Shown here: positions 44,061 to 44,641 of the stretch, in pieces
How positions within the stretch are numbered: the stretch's first letter is position 1
Layout: each line of letters begins with the position of its first letter
DNA from: a virus
Taxonomy: Duplodnaviria; Heunggongvirae; Uroviricota; Caudoviricetes
DNA: 44,641 nt
IMG/VR virus record: IMGVR_UViG_3300028031_000001
Location: 64,001 to 108,641 of that record
Direction: 5' to 3' (one strand)
The notes under the pieces: generated by a model
The model's input: only the letters and a program-made list of their open reading frames with translations
What the model was told of the DNA's origin: nothing
The model's database searches: none
Position numbers and translations under genes: made by a program

Positions 44061-44641
44061 ATGTCCGAAAAAAATACAGTAGCATCCCTCATGGCGCAAG
44101 CCAAAGAAAAATCTGAAGCTAAAAAGGCTGGTGGCATTCGTCCAATCAAGCCTTCACAAGGTAACCACACATACAGGATTTTACCGTCTTGGCGTGGTCT
44201 TGATGCGGATGGTGGTAGTAATCCATTCTGGCATGATTTCGGTCAACACTTTATCCGCCCTGCGGCTGGTTCAAAAGTGGAGTCAGTTTATGTTTGCTCT
44301 CACAAAACTTTCGAAGAAGAGTGTGAAGTGTGCAATGCAATCAACCAGTCTATGCGTCTGGATGGAGTTTCAGATTCAGATTTGAAAACTCTTAAAGATG
44401 CTAGAGCATCACAGCACTATTTAATTAATGTACTGCATCGATCCGGCCCAGCAGATAAGGTTAACGAGCCACAACTAATGGTTGTTGGTTCCAAAATCTT
44501 TGAACAGATTGCTGATATCGTTGGTATGTACAATGATATAACTGATTTAGCTACTGGTCGCGATATTGCTATTACTCGCAAAGGTACTGGCTTTGATACA
44601 ACATATAATGTTGTACCAACGGCAGCACCATCTGTGGTGGA
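44061..44641 (+). CDS. Single-stranded DNA-binding protein, T4 gp32-like (partial, runs off the window)
   Basis: AGGA SD; open frame G.HTYRILPSW...PFWHDFGQHF...YVC.HKTFEEECEVC...A.QHYLINV; absent from the track because it has no stop. Confidence 0.8.
   Translation, partial: MSEKNTVASLMAQAKEKSEAKKAGGIRPIKPSQGNHTYRILPSWRGLDADGGSNPFWHDFGQHFIRPAAGSKVESVYVCSHKTFEEECEVCNAINQSMRLDGVSDSDLKTLKDARASQHYLINVLHRSGPADKVNEPQLMVVGSKIFEQIADIVGMYNDITDLATGRDIAITRKGTGFDTTYNVVPTAAPSVV

Noticed and set aside
333-44170. All minus-strand ORFs in the track
   Set aside because: Each lies wholly antisense to a longer, motif-bearing + strand gene, and none shows a recognisable domain.
1-44641. Stop-codon reassignment
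   Set aside because: Long conserved genes are intact in the standard code, and TAA, TAG and TGA all end genes at coupled junctions.

Overview
The window is a 44.6 kb segment of an AT-rich tailed dsDNA phage (Caudoviricetes) with a long non-contractile, lambda-like tail. All credible genes are on the + strand. Left to right: (i) ~12 kb of mostly unassigned virion-type genes (Fn3-like, LamG plus 22-aa repeat fibre, a paralog pair) in front of the head-tail adaptor; (ii) neck, tail tube, tail chaperones with a lambda-type GGGAAAG -1 frameshift, tape measure, M/L/K-like tail tip genes and a 2403-aa I+J fusion ending in a peptidase S74 chaperone; (iii) candidate holin and M15A endolysin; (iv) metallophosphoesterase, PhoH, an Hfq/Sm-like protein, DnaB helicase, primase, guanylate kinase, a CobT/CobS-like VWA/MoxR pair, a DnaE polymerase fused to a degenerate family-4 UDG domain, an HExxH peptidase, a UvsY-like protein and a truncated gp32-like SSB. 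Terminase, portal and major capsid are not in the window. The most notable observations are the phage Hfq with an altered distal face, the DnaE-UDG fusion, a structured leader before the SSB gene, two apparently leaderless genes, and the very large accessory virion cluster. All family assignments come from motif recognition by eye; no database search was run.
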